This document shows positions 39,489 through 52,278 of a DNA stretch of 64,000 bases, in pieces (positions within the stretch are counted from its first letter, which is position 1; each line of letters begins with the position of its first letter). Source of the stretch: Basidiobolus meristosporus CBS 931.73 (Eukaryota > Fungi > Basidiobolomycota); contig MCFE01000498.1 of NCBI GenBank assembly GCA_002104905.1, positions 2,258 to 66,257 of the forward strand. The letters run 5' to 3'. The translations under genes were made by a program, and so were the position numbers. Below the pieces are notes generated by a model that had not been told where the DNA came from, searched no databases, and saw only the letters and a program-made list of their open reading frames with translations.

Positions 39489-40907
39489 TTAAACATCCCA
39501 ATAGTCCATGAGACCAGGCTGATTTCCCTGCTGGTTAGCTTGCGGGGAGTAATGGGGATAATGGGCAACGGTCGGATTAAGAGAAAAATATTTAAATGGA
39601 TACTCACCAAAGTTGACGCGAATCTGAACGTCTCCATCAGCGCCCAGTGTAGGAAACACCAGGTGCCACATCCCTTGTCGTGCCACCCCAAGGTTCACTC
39701 CATTCCGAGTAAAGAAGACGTCGCCGGTGGTGCGGTCGTATCCACAGCCAACAACATCCCCAGCACCAAACGGACCAGAGTAGTCGCGTCCCCCGTACCC
39801 ATCATCGACAAATCTCCGGCCATCGTCAGAATGATAGCCAACACTGTGGGCGTTCCACCCTGGCAGTCTGAAGTGTGGGTAAGGTCTGGTTGCCAAGCCA
39901 ATGGCAAAGACGGTGTCGGGGTCTGGCTTTGCCAGGATGGTCACCTCGAAGTACGAGATCGAGGTGATACTCTCCACAGGACACTGCTCCGGATCCTGGC
40001 ATATGGTGTCCAGCAGAAGTGCATTGTTTAGTGAGGCTGGAAGTGGAAGCTGAGTCTGAATGGACAGGTCATTGCCTCGAGAGTGGAAGTGGATGTTTGA
40101 GGTGTTGACCACTGATCCATTGTGGAAACGCATCGAAGCAGGAGTAGATATGTACTCATGGAGGAGTGGACTGATCAGCCAGTTACTCAATGCCAAATGC
40201 TTGTAATGTCCCAGGTAGTTGAGCTCTTCCAGGCTCGGTGGGCTGGTGGAAGGTGGAAAATCTCGACTAAACTTCAAGCCGGCCTCGAACTGCTCTTCAG
40301 TGGCATTGTTTGTAGAGTAATAGTAGTTGGGCGTTGTATCAGGAAGTATGTTAACATATACAGGTGGCGGCAGCAAAAGTACGTTATTACTCTTTTTGGA
40401 CACCAAGTTAGGGTTGGTGTAGGAAGGATAACTTGGTTCTACTAGTAGTGGAGTTGACGAGAGCTGCTGGTACGTGCGATTTTTCTCGCTTCGGCGAAAT
40501 CCACAACGACAAGATTTTAATATGGAGCTACCAAGTGCATAAATGAGAACAAAAGGAACCAGAATAAGCGGTGGGGATGCATTGGTATTACCCGGATGAC
40601 TTTCGTTTTTTCCTCCCCCGATTCGTTCTCCGCCACCATCACCACCTCCGCCGGTGCGTTCGCCACCACCACCTCCGCCGGTGCGTTCGCCACCACCACC
40701 ACCTCCGCCGATGCGTCCGCTACCACCGCCTCCTCCGCCGATGCGTCCGCTACCACCGCCTCCTCCGCCGATGCGTCCGCCACTACCACCACCGGTTCGT
40801 CCATCACCGTTACCGATTCCCCCGCCTCCTCCTTTCGAAAACGCCTTTTGCGTTAGTCCCAGGAGTAAAACCAAATAGAAACTTGACAGGAGAAATGAGA
40901 ACTTCAT
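39489..40907 (-). CDS. Membrane SPRY-domain protein with PPxY motif (Ssh4/Ear1-like), copy 1, intact
   Basis: Signal peptide, Gly-rich repeats (GGGGGSGRI), TM (LILVPFVLIYALG), PPVY, SPRY motifs YFEVTI, RLPGWNAHSVGYHSDDG, GDVVGCGY, FFTRNG, VNFG. Confidence 0.85.
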   Translation of the reverse strand: MKFSFLLSSFYLVLLLGLTQKAFSKGGGGGIGNGDGRTGGGSGGRIGGGGGGSGRIGGGGGGSGRIGGGGGGGERTGGGGGGERTGGGGDGGGERIGGGKNESHPGNTNASPPLILVPFVLIYALGSSILKSCRCGFRRSEKNRTYQQLSSTPLLVEPSYPSYTNPNLVSKKSNNVLLLPPPVYVNILPDTTPNYYYSTNNATEEQFEAGLKFSRDFPPSTSPPSLEELNYLGHYKHLALSNWLISPLLHEYISTPASMRFHNGSVVNTSNIHFHSRGNDLSIQTQLPLPASLNNALLLDTICQDPEQCPVESITSISYFEVTILAKPDPDTVFAIGLATRPYPHFRLPGWNAHSVGYHSDDGRRFVDDGYGGRDYSGPFGAGDVVGCGYDRTTGDVFFTRNGVNLGVARQGMWHLVFPTLGADGDVQIRVNFGEYPFKYFSLNPTVAHYPHYSPQANQQGNQPGLMDYWDV

Positions 40908-41424
40908 TAGCAGCCGGTCACACAATTCACCTGAGCATTTATAAGAGGCGAAACTGTTGCCCTGGATAAGCGATTATCCAGATTGCCAAGCGCTTACGGT
41001 TCCACCAACATGTGGGCAAACCCGATGGAATTTTCAGGCCAATCCAAACAACCCTTTGTCCCACCCGCCGCAATCGCCGCACTTTCGTAAGGCCAGACAG
41101 GAAAATCACCATGATTGCAAAGAATGTGGGTTCGCACGAGTACCTGCTATCCCCTACTAAATATCCTGACCACGTTGGCTTGCAAACAATACGCCTATTA
41201 AATATCACGGACTGACGTATCAGCAGCCTGCAAACCTTATGCTACGCCGACCCGGAATCTTAATGCTCCAGATAGAAGTTCTCGTGGGTATGGAAGGGTA
41301 CGATTGTCCACTCCATCGACCTGTAATATTGGTACTGAAGCCTCTTACAAGTGACGCTCGATTATAGAGAAAATCGCACGTGCCGTGGAATGCCGTCATG
41401 ATGTGACCCCAGGACATTGAATAT

Positions 41425-42635
41425 TTATTGTGCAAATACAGCCCAAGAAATCAGAGTATATGTACATCGCTTGCAACCTCTATACCAGTTGAGGATTTCG
41501 GCTCTATTGAGTTGCATGCCATTGCTTGAATTGGTTGAGAGCATATATTTAAACTGCGACTCACCGAAGTTGACATGAACTTGAGCGTCTCCATTAGCAC
41601 CCAGTGTAGGAAACACCAGGTGCCACATCCCTTGTCGTGCCACCCCAAGGTTCACTCCATTCCGAGTAAAGAAGACGTCGCCGGTGGTGCGGTCGTATCC
41701 ACAGCCAACAACATCCCCAGCACCAAACGGACCAGAGTAATCACGTCCCCCGTACCCATCATCGACAAATCTCCTGCCATCGTCAGAATGATAGCCAACA
41801 CTGTGGACGTTCCACCCTGGCAGTCTGAAGTGTGGGTAAGGTCTGGTTGCCAAGCCAATGGCAAAGACGGTGTCGGGGTCTGGCTTTGCCAGGATGGTCA
41901 CCTCGAAGTACGAGATCGAGGTGATACTCTCCACAGGACACTGCTCCGGATCCTGGCATATGGTGTCCAGCAGAAGTGCATTGTTTAGTGAGGCTGGAAG
42001 TGGAAGCTGAGTCTGAATGGACAGGTCATTGCCTCGAGAGTGGAAGTGGATGTTTGAGGTGTTGACCACTGATCCATTGTGGAAACACATCGAAGCAGGA
42101 GTAGATATGTACTCATGGAGGAGTGGACTGATCAGCCAGTTACTCAATGCCAAATGCTTGTAATGCCCAGGTAGTTGAGTTCCTCCGGGCTTGGTGGGTT
42201 GGTGGAGAGGGGAAAGTCTCGACTAAACTTCAAGCCGGCCTCGAACTGCTCTTCAGTGGCGTTGTTTGTAGAGTAATGGTGGTTAGGCGACATGTCAGGG
42301 GGTACATCGACATATGCGGGGGGTGGTAGCGTGGGCGGCATGTCTATTGAGAGTGATTCATTCGGAGTATTGTCGATATAACGCGGGTTTAACGTAGAGG
42401 GTTGGCGGGTAGATGGATTTTGTCTTACCGTTCTACTCCTTTTGCAAAACCTCAGGAAGTAGCAGCAACTAACAGAAGCGAAAGCACATATCCCCACCAT
42501 TATAAGGATCACGGCCCAGGGAGGTAATCCTCCAAAGGCTCCACCACCACCTACTAGAATCGTTAAGCCATTCACATCTTGAACGAAGCCCAAGAAAGAA
42601 ATGAAAGTAATAAGGGAAAAGCTACAGCTATACAT
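41425..42635 (-). pseudogene. SPRY/PPxY paralogue copy 2, split by a 1-nt deletion at ~42165
   Basis: TM/PPAY ORF (42144..42635) and SPRY ORF (41425..42153) are out of frame; taatgccc versus taatgtccc in copy 1. Confidence 0.75.
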
Positions 42636-43065
42636 TAGTATCTTGAACTGAGTTAGCGTTTACCTGGTACTTATAAATGCTAGTAGTTTGATCAATCCAT
42701 TTATCAAAACTATTTGGACCTTTCCATCGATACACAAGAATGTCACAGGCAACCCTGGGTGAACAATTAACTGGTTTGCCAAGAGTTTATTGTTTCACCA
42801 AAAATCAATAATGCCCTTCTTTTCACTCAATAATTGTTAGCTATACTTTTATCAAGGCCCACCCGGACCACGAGCATTTGGGTTTGTTAACATGGAGAAA
42901 TAATAGAGAGTGCTGACATTCATGAAGAATGCTGCTAACCAAATTTGGACAATCATGACTGCTATATTTTTATGATATATCTTAAATATGTAGCGCCAAT
43001 TATAAACCAGGAATATTTATACAAGCAACTATTAGACGGTATTCCACTTGAGGACTTGAGCTATA

Positions 43066-44240
43066 CTAGGTTGTGTCGCTAGGATCGGGCGAGTACGAGT
43101 ATTTAAAGGATGATCCGCCAAAGTTTACCCGAATTAGGACGTCTCCATCAGCGCCCAGTGTAGGAAACACCAGGTGCCACATCCCTTGTCGTGCCACCCC
43201 AAGGTTCACTCCATTCCGAGTAAAGAAGACGTCGCCGGTGGTGCGGTCGTATCCACAGCCAACAACATCCCCAGCACCAAACGGACCAGAGTAATCACGT
43301 CCCCCGTACCCATCATCGACAAATCTCCGGCCATCGTCAGAATGATAGCCAACACTGTGGACGTTCCACCCTGGCAGTCTGAAGTGTGGGTAAGGTCTGG
43401 TTGCCAAGCCAATGGCAAAGACGGTGTCGGGGTCTGGCTTTGCCAGGATGGTCACCTCGAAGTACGAGATCGAGGTGATACTCTCCACAGGACACTGCTC
43501 CGGATCCTGGCATATGGTGTCCAGCAGAAGTGCATTGTTTAGTGAGGCTGGAAGTGGAAGCTGAGTCTGAATGGACAGGTCATTGCCTCGAGAGTGGAAG
43601 TGGATGTTTGAGGTGTTGACCACTGATCCATTGTGGAAACACATCGAAGCAGGAGTAGATATGTACTCATGGAGGAGTGGACTGATCAGCCAGTTACTCA
43701 ATGCCAAATGCTTGTAATGCCCAGGTAGTTGAGTTCCTCCGGGCTCGGTGGGTCGGGGGAAGGTGGAAAGTCTCGACTAAACTTCAAGCCGGCCTCGAAC
43801 TGCTCTTCAGTGGCGTTGTTTGTAGAGTAATGGTGGTTAGGCGACATGTCAGGGGGTACATTGATATATGCGGGGGGTGGTAGCGTGGGCGGCATGTCTA
43901 TTGAGAGCGATTCATTCGGAGTATTGTCGATATAACGCGGGTTTAACGTAGAGGGTTGGCGGGTAGATGGATTTTGTCTTACCCTTCTACTCCTTTTGCA
44001 AAACCTCAGGAAGTAGCAACCACCAACAGAAATGAAAACAAATATCCCCATGATAATAGGAATCCCGACCCAGATAGGTAATCCTCCAAAAAATCCACCT
44101 CCACCTCTACCTCCACCGCCCCCGCCCCCTCCACCAGCACTGCCTCGACCCCCACCCCCTCCTTTGGCATATGCAAAAGAAATGAAAGCAATAAGGGAAA
44201 AAATACGGCTATACATTAGTAGCTTGAACTGAGTTGACAT
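43066..44240 (-). pseudogene. SPRY/PPxY paralogue copy 3, same 1-nt deletion at ~43719
   Basis: ORFs 43698..44240 and 43066..43707; the central part is near-identical to copy 2. Confidence 0.75.
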
Positions 44241-44516
44241 TTACCTGGTGTTTATAAGTGCTAATAGTTTGACCAAAATTGGGTGGACCTTTCCATTAAT
44301 GCACATGGACGCCGATAGAATTGTGATAAGAATTACCTTGTGCTCAGGTTCAGCCACAATCGGGAAACTGTCGTACATTGGACGTCTTGTACACATGGTC
44401 TTTCAATTACTGTGGTTTCCATCACAAACGCTGCTTTCGCTATTTCATAGCTCACATGGTAAAATGAAAACAAGCCACGGTTACTAGACTATTTGTTTAT
44501 TGCAATAACTGCCTGT

Positions 44517-45860
44517 TTAGGTGTTAATAGGGTTAGCAAGAACACTAGTGATGAATACCTTGATCGAGGCAAAGGTCTGCTTTCCTACTGGAATGATGTT
44601 TTGGGGTGGGAGAACGAATCCTGGGTAATTCTGCTTGGGAGAGAGTTCCACGGTCAATGAGGTGCTTCTGAACTTTTGTTTCTTAAGCACCTCGTCGCTA
44701 TAGAACCAATCTGCAGCATTTCCTGAAGCAATGTACAAGTCACTAATCTGTTGAGGAACGTATTGCTCGTTGGGATTCACACTGCGAATAGCACTCTTCA
44801 TATTTTTGGCTAATGCCGTGTATGGAGCTACGGTGGTTGGGTCGGTGTATGTCCAGCCGTAGGGCCACATGATCAGCTCACTGTAGGAGTGATAGTCAAT
44901 GGCACCAACGATTCCTGTTTGTTGGAAGTAATAGTTCATCAACGCCTTAACTTCTGGCTCACTTGCAGCCGACGGTCCCATATAGGTGTCGTCTCGGGGG
45001 TTGGTGGAAGATCCTCCTTTGTTCCAGTGGTCAGGCCAGTTTCTGTTCTACATTCAGAAGGTTACACGAATAATTCACGGGAGGAGTCTAACAATAATCT
45101 AGCTTACAGTATCTACTCCGTAGGATCCGTTACCGTTGTTACGACGGTTCTTTCGCCACAAGCGATCATTGTTCCAGGTGTATTCGTAACCATCTGGGTT
45201 TGAGACGGGGATGATGATGATTTCGGCCTCATCCAGGATTTTCTTGACGCCAGAATCCGTAGCGTATCCTGAAGCTAGGCCATCAGCCACGAATTGCATG
45301 GTTGTGGTAGCGATCCATTCCCTAGCATGTTGAAGTCCTTGGAACCAGAACTTTTTCTTCGCGACACCATTTTTGCTGGTTATTCTGACCACGGGGATGT
45401 CCTTGCCAAGAGTGGTCTTACCGATAGATGGAACCAAGGTCACCAGGTCAGGGTATTTCTGCGAGAGATTCTTCAGCCACTGGACGATATCAGTGAATGT
45501 GTGGTAGTTCTGGAACCAGGTCGTATCATCCACTGCACGCTTGGCAAGAGTAGCCTGCTTCAATGTCTTGGTCTCTTGGTCGATACTCTCTTGTATGTTC
45601 TCAATAAGCACCTCAGGCTCGAACACAGATAGACTTTCCAAGGCTACAGGAGAAGCATGGATATGAAGAACATCCGATGATTGATGCCAAATGTCCAAGT
45701 TGTTCTTCTTGACAAAATCAAATGCTTCATCTGAACGCTTCAATTGAACAAGCTTGTGATTATCATAGCGGACAGGACGAGCTAGAAACTCAGCAACTGG
45801 AGCGGCCAAGACACTTGATACAGACAAGAGAGCCAAGCAGAAAAGAGTAGAGCAGCGCAT
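44517..45860 (-). CDS. Secreted M14A zinc metallocarboxypeptidase with prodomain
   Basis: Signal peptide, QHAREWI, NPDGYEYT, RLWRKNRR, NRNW, DYHSYSE, SGNAADW, ELSP; one intron at ~45050-45105. Confidence 0.92.
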
Positions 45861-46265
45861 GTTGATGGATACTGCACCCGTCTCTCTCGTATTTTATAGA
45901 GCGATTCATAGTGCAAGAACAGACAGATGGGAATCCAAAGTGATCTATTGCCAAAAAGAATGACTCCTAATCCTACGTTGGTATAGCATCCTCGTCAATT
46001 TGATTGGCACTAAGCGGGATAGACTCTAGCAACAAGTGTGAGTGTGATACATAATTGAGCGATCCGCATTAGACTTTCTATAAATCATAAATATTTCCTG
46101 CCAGCACAGTAATAAATGGTTGATTGATTGATGATCAAGAACAAATCTAATTTCCCTAAAGATATAGTGCTTGCTTCCTCGCAAAGGACTGTTTATTGTT
46201 TAACAAGCCACCATGAACTCTCTCTCGATTCTTGGAACCTTCCGCCGTCTAGACTTCTACCAAAT

Positions 46266-46562
46266 ATCTCTTCTGTTATTCCAGCCTCTACCTAATCTCT
46301 CTTCTGTTATTCCAGCCTCTACCTAATCTCTCTTCTGTTATTCCAGCCTCTACCTAATCTCTCTTCTGTTATTCCAGCCTCTACCTAATCTCTCTTCTGT
46401 TATTCCAGCCTCTACCTAATCTCTCTTCTGTTATTCCAGCCTCTACCTAATCTCTCTTCTGTTATTCCAGCCTCTACCTAATCTCTCTTCTGTTATTCCA
46501 GCCTCTACCTAATCTCTCTTCTGTTATTCCAGCCTCTACCTAATCTCTCTTCTGTTATTCCA
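46266..46562. repeat. 31-bp minisatellite, ~9.5 essentially perfect copies
   Basis: Unit ctcttctgttattccagcctctacctaatct with no spacers. Confidence 0.95.
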
Positions 46563-47924
46563 CCTAGTATTTGTAATCTATGGAAAACTAAACTAGCCTG
46601 CTCATCCTGCCTTAGGGCCCAACATCTCCACTTAAATGACAACGGTCAGTGTTTATTTCCCCTGCAAAAGCAAGAAACTTTGGCAGTGATTACAAGGAAT
46701 AGCTGCTGAATCTCCTCCATGCTCAGTCACCCATGGTTTTTGCACTACTCCAACTTTTTGCCAAAGCTCAAGGCTATCTGAGAATCCTCATTTCCTGCTC
46801 TACGACAATATGTGGGAGGTATCCCCAATGAAACCGCCGAGAAGACCTACAAAACCAATGGGAATATATATCCAGAATTGCATGCGGTCCGGAATTCCAA
46901 AGCCTGAGTGGTCGGCAATGCTGTTCCGCTGAGCAATTTCACAATCCTTTGTTTTGTTGGGTATGTATAGTGTGCTTTCAGGAGGCCGAAATAATTGGGT
47001 ATTTAACTCATAGACTTTGACAGCCCTATTTATGGGAGATATTGACTAGTCTGTGAACTCCTCAATGATATTGCAGATAATATGCTAAGCTGTACAAGCT
47101 GTCACATGGGGATTTCATCTGCCTTCCTTGGATCTCTGCACCACTTCTTGGCTATGGATCGGAGTTTTACACAGCTCATGGCGAACAAAAGTGTATGTTT
47201 GAATCATCGAATGTCTTGGAAAGATCAGGGTCTTTCGGAGCATTTTTGAGAAACCTACTAGATTGTGCATTTGAGAGAGAACCCTACCAGATTGTGTAGA
47301 TGAAATGATGGGAAATTGGTCATTTTGGCTAATGTCAGCAGCATAATTTATGTGGTTAGTACAAGTGAAGTTCCATTGACTGACAGACACTTGTGATGCA
47401 ATCAAGCATCTATACTCTATTATAAGAGGCTATTTGTTGAAGAAGCCAATAGGCTATATTCGTGTTGAGTTTTGTAGCACTCGAGTAATTCCGTGTGTGA
47501 CTTTCGGCAATGAGGCATGTAAAATAAGGGAATATCTTGCATTTGGAAAAGCAAACCTGTAGTTGCAAATGCTACTCACTAGGCCTAACTACACAGTACT
47601 AGCTACAAACCTGTAAATGCCATGCTACCCACTGGACTTGAATAGGATCTTCCTGTGGAACCCATCAATGACAAATGATACACAAGTATTTGAAGTCATG
47701 ATAACTAATCTTCTCCCACAGCAATTGCGGATGGGATTCCAAATGCGTGTGGGCCAGGCAGCGCGAACTGATGCGTACCTTTCATGATCGCAAACCAGTA
47801 AAGATACCATGTTCCACCACATACACTATATACTATCCGAGGTTAATTTGCTCGCTTTTGGTTGCTATGTGACCTCATTACTAAGTATAAATACCCAGAG
47901 TTACGACGAAGACCACCAGTAACC

Positions 47925-50605
47925 ATGTTTCTAAGGGAGCGAAGCAAAGTGCTGATCCTTACTGTCGCTATTGGACTATGCGGTGCATTGGTTCCATTGA
48001 CTCAAGCAGCCGACCAACGCCCAGAGCAGCCGCTATACGATCTTGTTAAGCGCTTGCTGCCTGCTCAATACCAAAGAGAGATCCAATTTATGCTGAAGGA
48101 GACCATCTCAACCAACTCCACCACCAACGTCCACGATGTGTATCGCATCACTACCTCTAGAAGCTCAAAGGTAGTGATTGAGGGAGTCTCTCTCTCCGCC
48201 TTGGGTGCTGGTCTCAACTACTATTTGAGAAACACTTGCCAGGTTGATATGTCCTGGTCTGGAGATCGCTTTAGCGAACTCCCAACCAATCCCCCATCCG
48301 CAAGCTCCAATGTCATCCAAGGATCTATTGTACCTTGGAGGTATTATATGAACGTGGTCACAGCTGGCTACTCCACAGTGTTTTGGGACTGGGAGCGCTG
48401 GGAGCGTGAAATCGGTAGAGTTAGCCTGATGCTGCCCGGCTCATCATGACGTTGCTAATCATCGGCTATGCTAGATTGGATGGTCTTGAACGGTATCAAT
48501 ATGCCGCTCGCCCTAACTGGCCAGGAGTATATTACCCGTCAGATGTACTTGAACCTCGGGCTGCCACTGGAAGAAGTAAGTAGCTATTTCGTTGGTGCGG
48601 CCTTTCAGCCATGGAACCGCATGGGCAACATTCAAGGATCATGGGGGTTCAAGAATGATACTGGCGTGAAGAATGCATTCATCGATAGCCAGTTCGAGCT
48701 TCAGAAAAAGTACCATTTCTGAGTACAGTTATCTTCTCATCATCCATTGCACGCCTACTCACTTGATTAATAGGATCCTTCAGCGGATGAAGGCCTTTGG
48801 GATGACTCCCATCCTCCCGTCGTTCCAGAGCTTTGTTCCCTCTGCGTTGGTCCAAAGATTTCCCAACACCACGTTCCATGAAGCCACTCAGTGGTCCGGT
48901 ATGCCCCTCGAATACACCAAGGTTCACTATGTAGATCCTCAAGAGCCACTATTTGCTACACTGGCGGAGGAATTCATCAAGCTTCAGAAGCAGTTCTATG
49001 GCGAAAATGTTACTGACCATTACATTCTGGATCTTTACAATGAGTTGTTACCAGCCTCTTCAGATGAGCAGTACTTGAAATCCACCACCAAGGCCGTTGT
49101 GCACGCACTCAGAAAGGCCGACAAGAACGCCGTTTGGGTGATGCAGAGTTGGTTCTTGACCTCCACTCAGTTCTGGACTCCGGGTGTAACCAAGTCGTTC
49201 TTTGATGGGATCCGGGAGGCTGAGGGCAAGGCGTTTATCATCGATCTTTATTCTGAGGGATTGCCACAGTGGAAGCATACAGATGGTTTCTACGGCATGG
49301 ATTGGGGATGGAGCATGTAAGTTATCGGTCGATGGGTGATTTCGGCAGTTGATGGGTGATTTCGGCAGTTGATGGGTGATTTCGGATCACTAATGAAAGT
49401 CTCCTAGGATCAACAATTTTGCTGGCGGACAAGGGATCTTCGGGGTTCTTCCCACTGTGTTGGCTGAGCCATTTGCTGGGTACCATCATTCCGCAAAGAG
49501 CATGAGGGGAATGGGGGTCACACCCGACGGGATCAACACCAATGAATTCCTGTACCACCTAGTGTATGATATCGCTTGGAAGGATCCTAATCAGCCTTTG
49601 AGCGGTAAACCATTGCTTGACCAGTTCATCCAGCGGCGCTACGGTCCCAAACAAACTACCCCGTTGATGTTGGAGGCCTGGGACCAGATCTCCAAGTCTT
49701 TGTGGAACATCACCGGAGAGCTGACCGGTAAAGTTAAATCATATCTGGACCTCAACCCGAAGTTAGATATGGTGGCCTATGGATTTGAGCCTACCGTACC
49801 CATGTACGATACGGCTGTTGTGGCTGACGCCTGGAAGAAACTGATGCGATCAACCAACGGCCAAGAGGGAGGAGGCGCTCATACCGTTGTTCAGCAGGGG
49901 CTGGATGAACTTGCTCAAGAGGCCTCGTCGCTAGAGCTGACTCTAGGGTCGAAGGCCAATAACGCATCACCCGGGCTCCGCTTCGACATAATTGACGTGA
50001 CTCGAGAGGTTTTGTTAAATACGGTACTGCCAGCATTGCAAAAGGAATTGGTCAAAGGATTTAACCAGACTGATGTGCCTCGGATCACCCTCTATGGCGG
50101 TCTGATTGAAGCTTTGATACTAGATACCGACAGGTTGCTCTCAACGCACACTCAGTTCCACCTTGGTAAATGGTTGGGCTACGCAAAGGCCACGGCCAAA
50201 AACATGAAGGTGACTACCGGTGAGCAATCCATCACTCCAGCAAGTTACTTGGAATTCCAGGCACGTAACCAAATCACCTGGTGGGGTCCAGCTTCTCAGG
50301 GTGCCTTGGCCGACTATGCTTCCAAACACTGGGCTGGACTTGTCAAGACATACTATCTTCCTAGATGGCAGCATTTCTCAAAGTCCTTGCTACAGGCTGC
50401 TCGTAACGGCAAGGCCTGGGACCAAGATAGGTTCAATGCGGAGGTCGCTGCATTAGAGAGCAAATGGCAGTATGGTACATGGGGGCAAAACAAAGGGGAG
50501 ACATGGGGACCTTCTCCGCAGGATGATACGGTTGCAGTAGCGCAGGGAATTTTCCGTAGATGGGGTAAATTGGCCATCAAAATATCCCAAAACAAATCTG
50601 CCTAA
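47925..50605 (+). CDS. Alpha-N-acetylglucosaminidase (GH89, NAGLU-like), secreted
   Basis: [88 protein letters not shown]; three introns. Confidence 0.92.
49331..49384. repeat. 20-bp tandem repeat (~3 copies) inside a GH89 intron
   Basis: gatgggtgatttcggcagtt repeated. Confidence 0.85.
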
Positions 50606-51240
50606 AGTATTTCGTCAATAAAACCAGGAATACTCCATTATTAGTCAAATAAAGTAGGGTAAACGAGTATTCTACTTTGATGGTTTCTTCTACTACTAAT
50701 GACACACGCAAACCGAATGTGTACCGGAAACTATCATGTAGTTATCAATGCTGCCAATCTAATCAATCTTTATTGCCGCATTTCTTGGACTACGCTGAGA
50801 TTATCCCAACCATTGATTTCCCCATCCCGGGGGAAGTAGACCAGATCCTTCGGAAGCTCCCTTACTTTGGGTACAATACGTTTTGACACTAGAGGTACGC
50901 ACAACAAGGATGTTAAGTACAGCAGATGCCTTAGTCAATCGGAAGATATTTGCCTTGAGCCTATTTAGTTACTAATTATTAACCATAGAAAAGTGGCCTG
51001 CTTGATGGTAAAGCAGCAAGAATATTTTATTGCTGATATTTGGATACTTAAAAGGATCTTGATTGGAGCCTGGGTAATAGAGTGGGAACCTTAGCTGAGG
51101 GGTATTATTATAACTATTCAGCTCACACCCAAACCACTCTTACTAAAGCTTCCATTTAGCTTATTGCCAAACTCTGGCTTATTTACTTATCAGCTAGCTC
51201 TTAGAACTAGTGGAGGCCTGGTTTTATGTCCAAGATAAAA

Positions 51241-52060
51241 TTAAGGGGCTGAAAGTTACCAAGTGGTGAAATCTTTACTTACTCATGACAAGTATCTAAA
51301 GAAACCAAGCTAATATGAAGTGATCTCCAATAGGCTAGGTCTGACAGATATCTTCCTGCTATACCAGGTCTGAGTGTTAAGAAGCTGAGTGTTACTGTAT
51401 TTCCTAGTTAGCTAGGTCTGGGGGAGGTGTCCTGAGAAGTTAGAATCTCAGTGTATATGTGGTGAGTTGTACTGATTTGCAGTAGCTGAAATGTGACCCA
51501 AATAGCCAGCAGACTGGGGAACTGAGAGGAATATCTTGACATCACTGGTCAAGTTAAGTAGGCAAATATGTTGAAGTAGCATTTGAGAATCTCAGAGCTC
51601 AGGGGGTAGCAAGAGTGGTAAGAATGATTTGTCAACTGTATCATAGAGGGGAACATTCTGGAGGGATACTCATCATAAAGGGCATGTGTTGCATAAGGTG
51701 CAGCTTCCATAGGTCTGTCAAGTACATCATGTAAGTGAATTTAGGCTTTTCTAACTGCAGTATATACTTTGCACACTTCTTGACATCAGGATTTCTAAGT
51801 ATGATACTCTAGAAGGAATCAGATGCAGTGAGATGGGGTCTTCTTCAAGCAATGTTCAGTCAATTTTTGCAGTTGTAGAGTATGGAGTATAATGTAGTTG
51901 TAGGGTAGAGAAGTCTGAACTTGCATGACATAAACCAAAAAGCACCAAGTATAGCATATCAGTAGGGGTATTCAAATAGATTGAGGACCAAAGAGTTAAT
52001 GCACCAGATTGCAAACTTGTTATGTTTAGTGCAGTTTCCAGTGGTAGGCCCTAAGAAATA
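51241..52060 (-). mobile_element. Decayed telomeric non-LTR element (family A-like), 3' portion
   Basis: 51600-52050 aligns with 61000-61450 of the long element; begins with a degenerate 3' module ttaagggg...gttaccaagtggtgaaatctttact; multiple stops. Confidence 0.75.
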
Positions 52061-52224
52061 ATATTGTGAAGATCCTGTCAAAAGGCTGTTACAGAATATA
52101 AGTCCAATGAATAAGTGATACTAATACCACTAGGACACCACACAAAAACTGCTGGAAAAAATAGCACCTCAGATTTCACAAAATACTTGGTCAAAATTTT
52201 TGATCACAATGATCCCATAGTTGC

Positions 52225-52278
52225 TTAGGGGGTGGGAAAGTCACCAAGCTAGTGAAATCTTTATTTGAGTTAAGAACT
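52225..52278 (-). mobile_element. 3'-terminal stub of telomeric element family B, interrupted by Copia
   Basis: TTAGGG + ggtgggaaagtcaccaagctagtgaaatctttatttgagttaagaact matches 53312-53362. Confidence 0.8.

Noticed and set aside
40517-40969. His/Arg-rich and Pro-rich ORFs (HHHHLRRCVR, PPPPPMRP)
   Set aside because: Antisense or alternate-frame shadows of the Gly repeats in SPRY copy 1.
40940-41210. Fourth, decayed SPRY paralogue (DWPENSIGF)
   Set aside because: The resemblance is too short and needs frameshifts; it cannot be supported without an alignment search.
46266-46562. CRISPR array
   Set aside because: Units are contiguous with no unique spacers, there are no cas genes, and the context is eukaryotic.
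46700-47830. Kinase-like relic (MLSHPWF) and nearby short ORFs
   Set aside because: A single short motif amid stops is insufficient.
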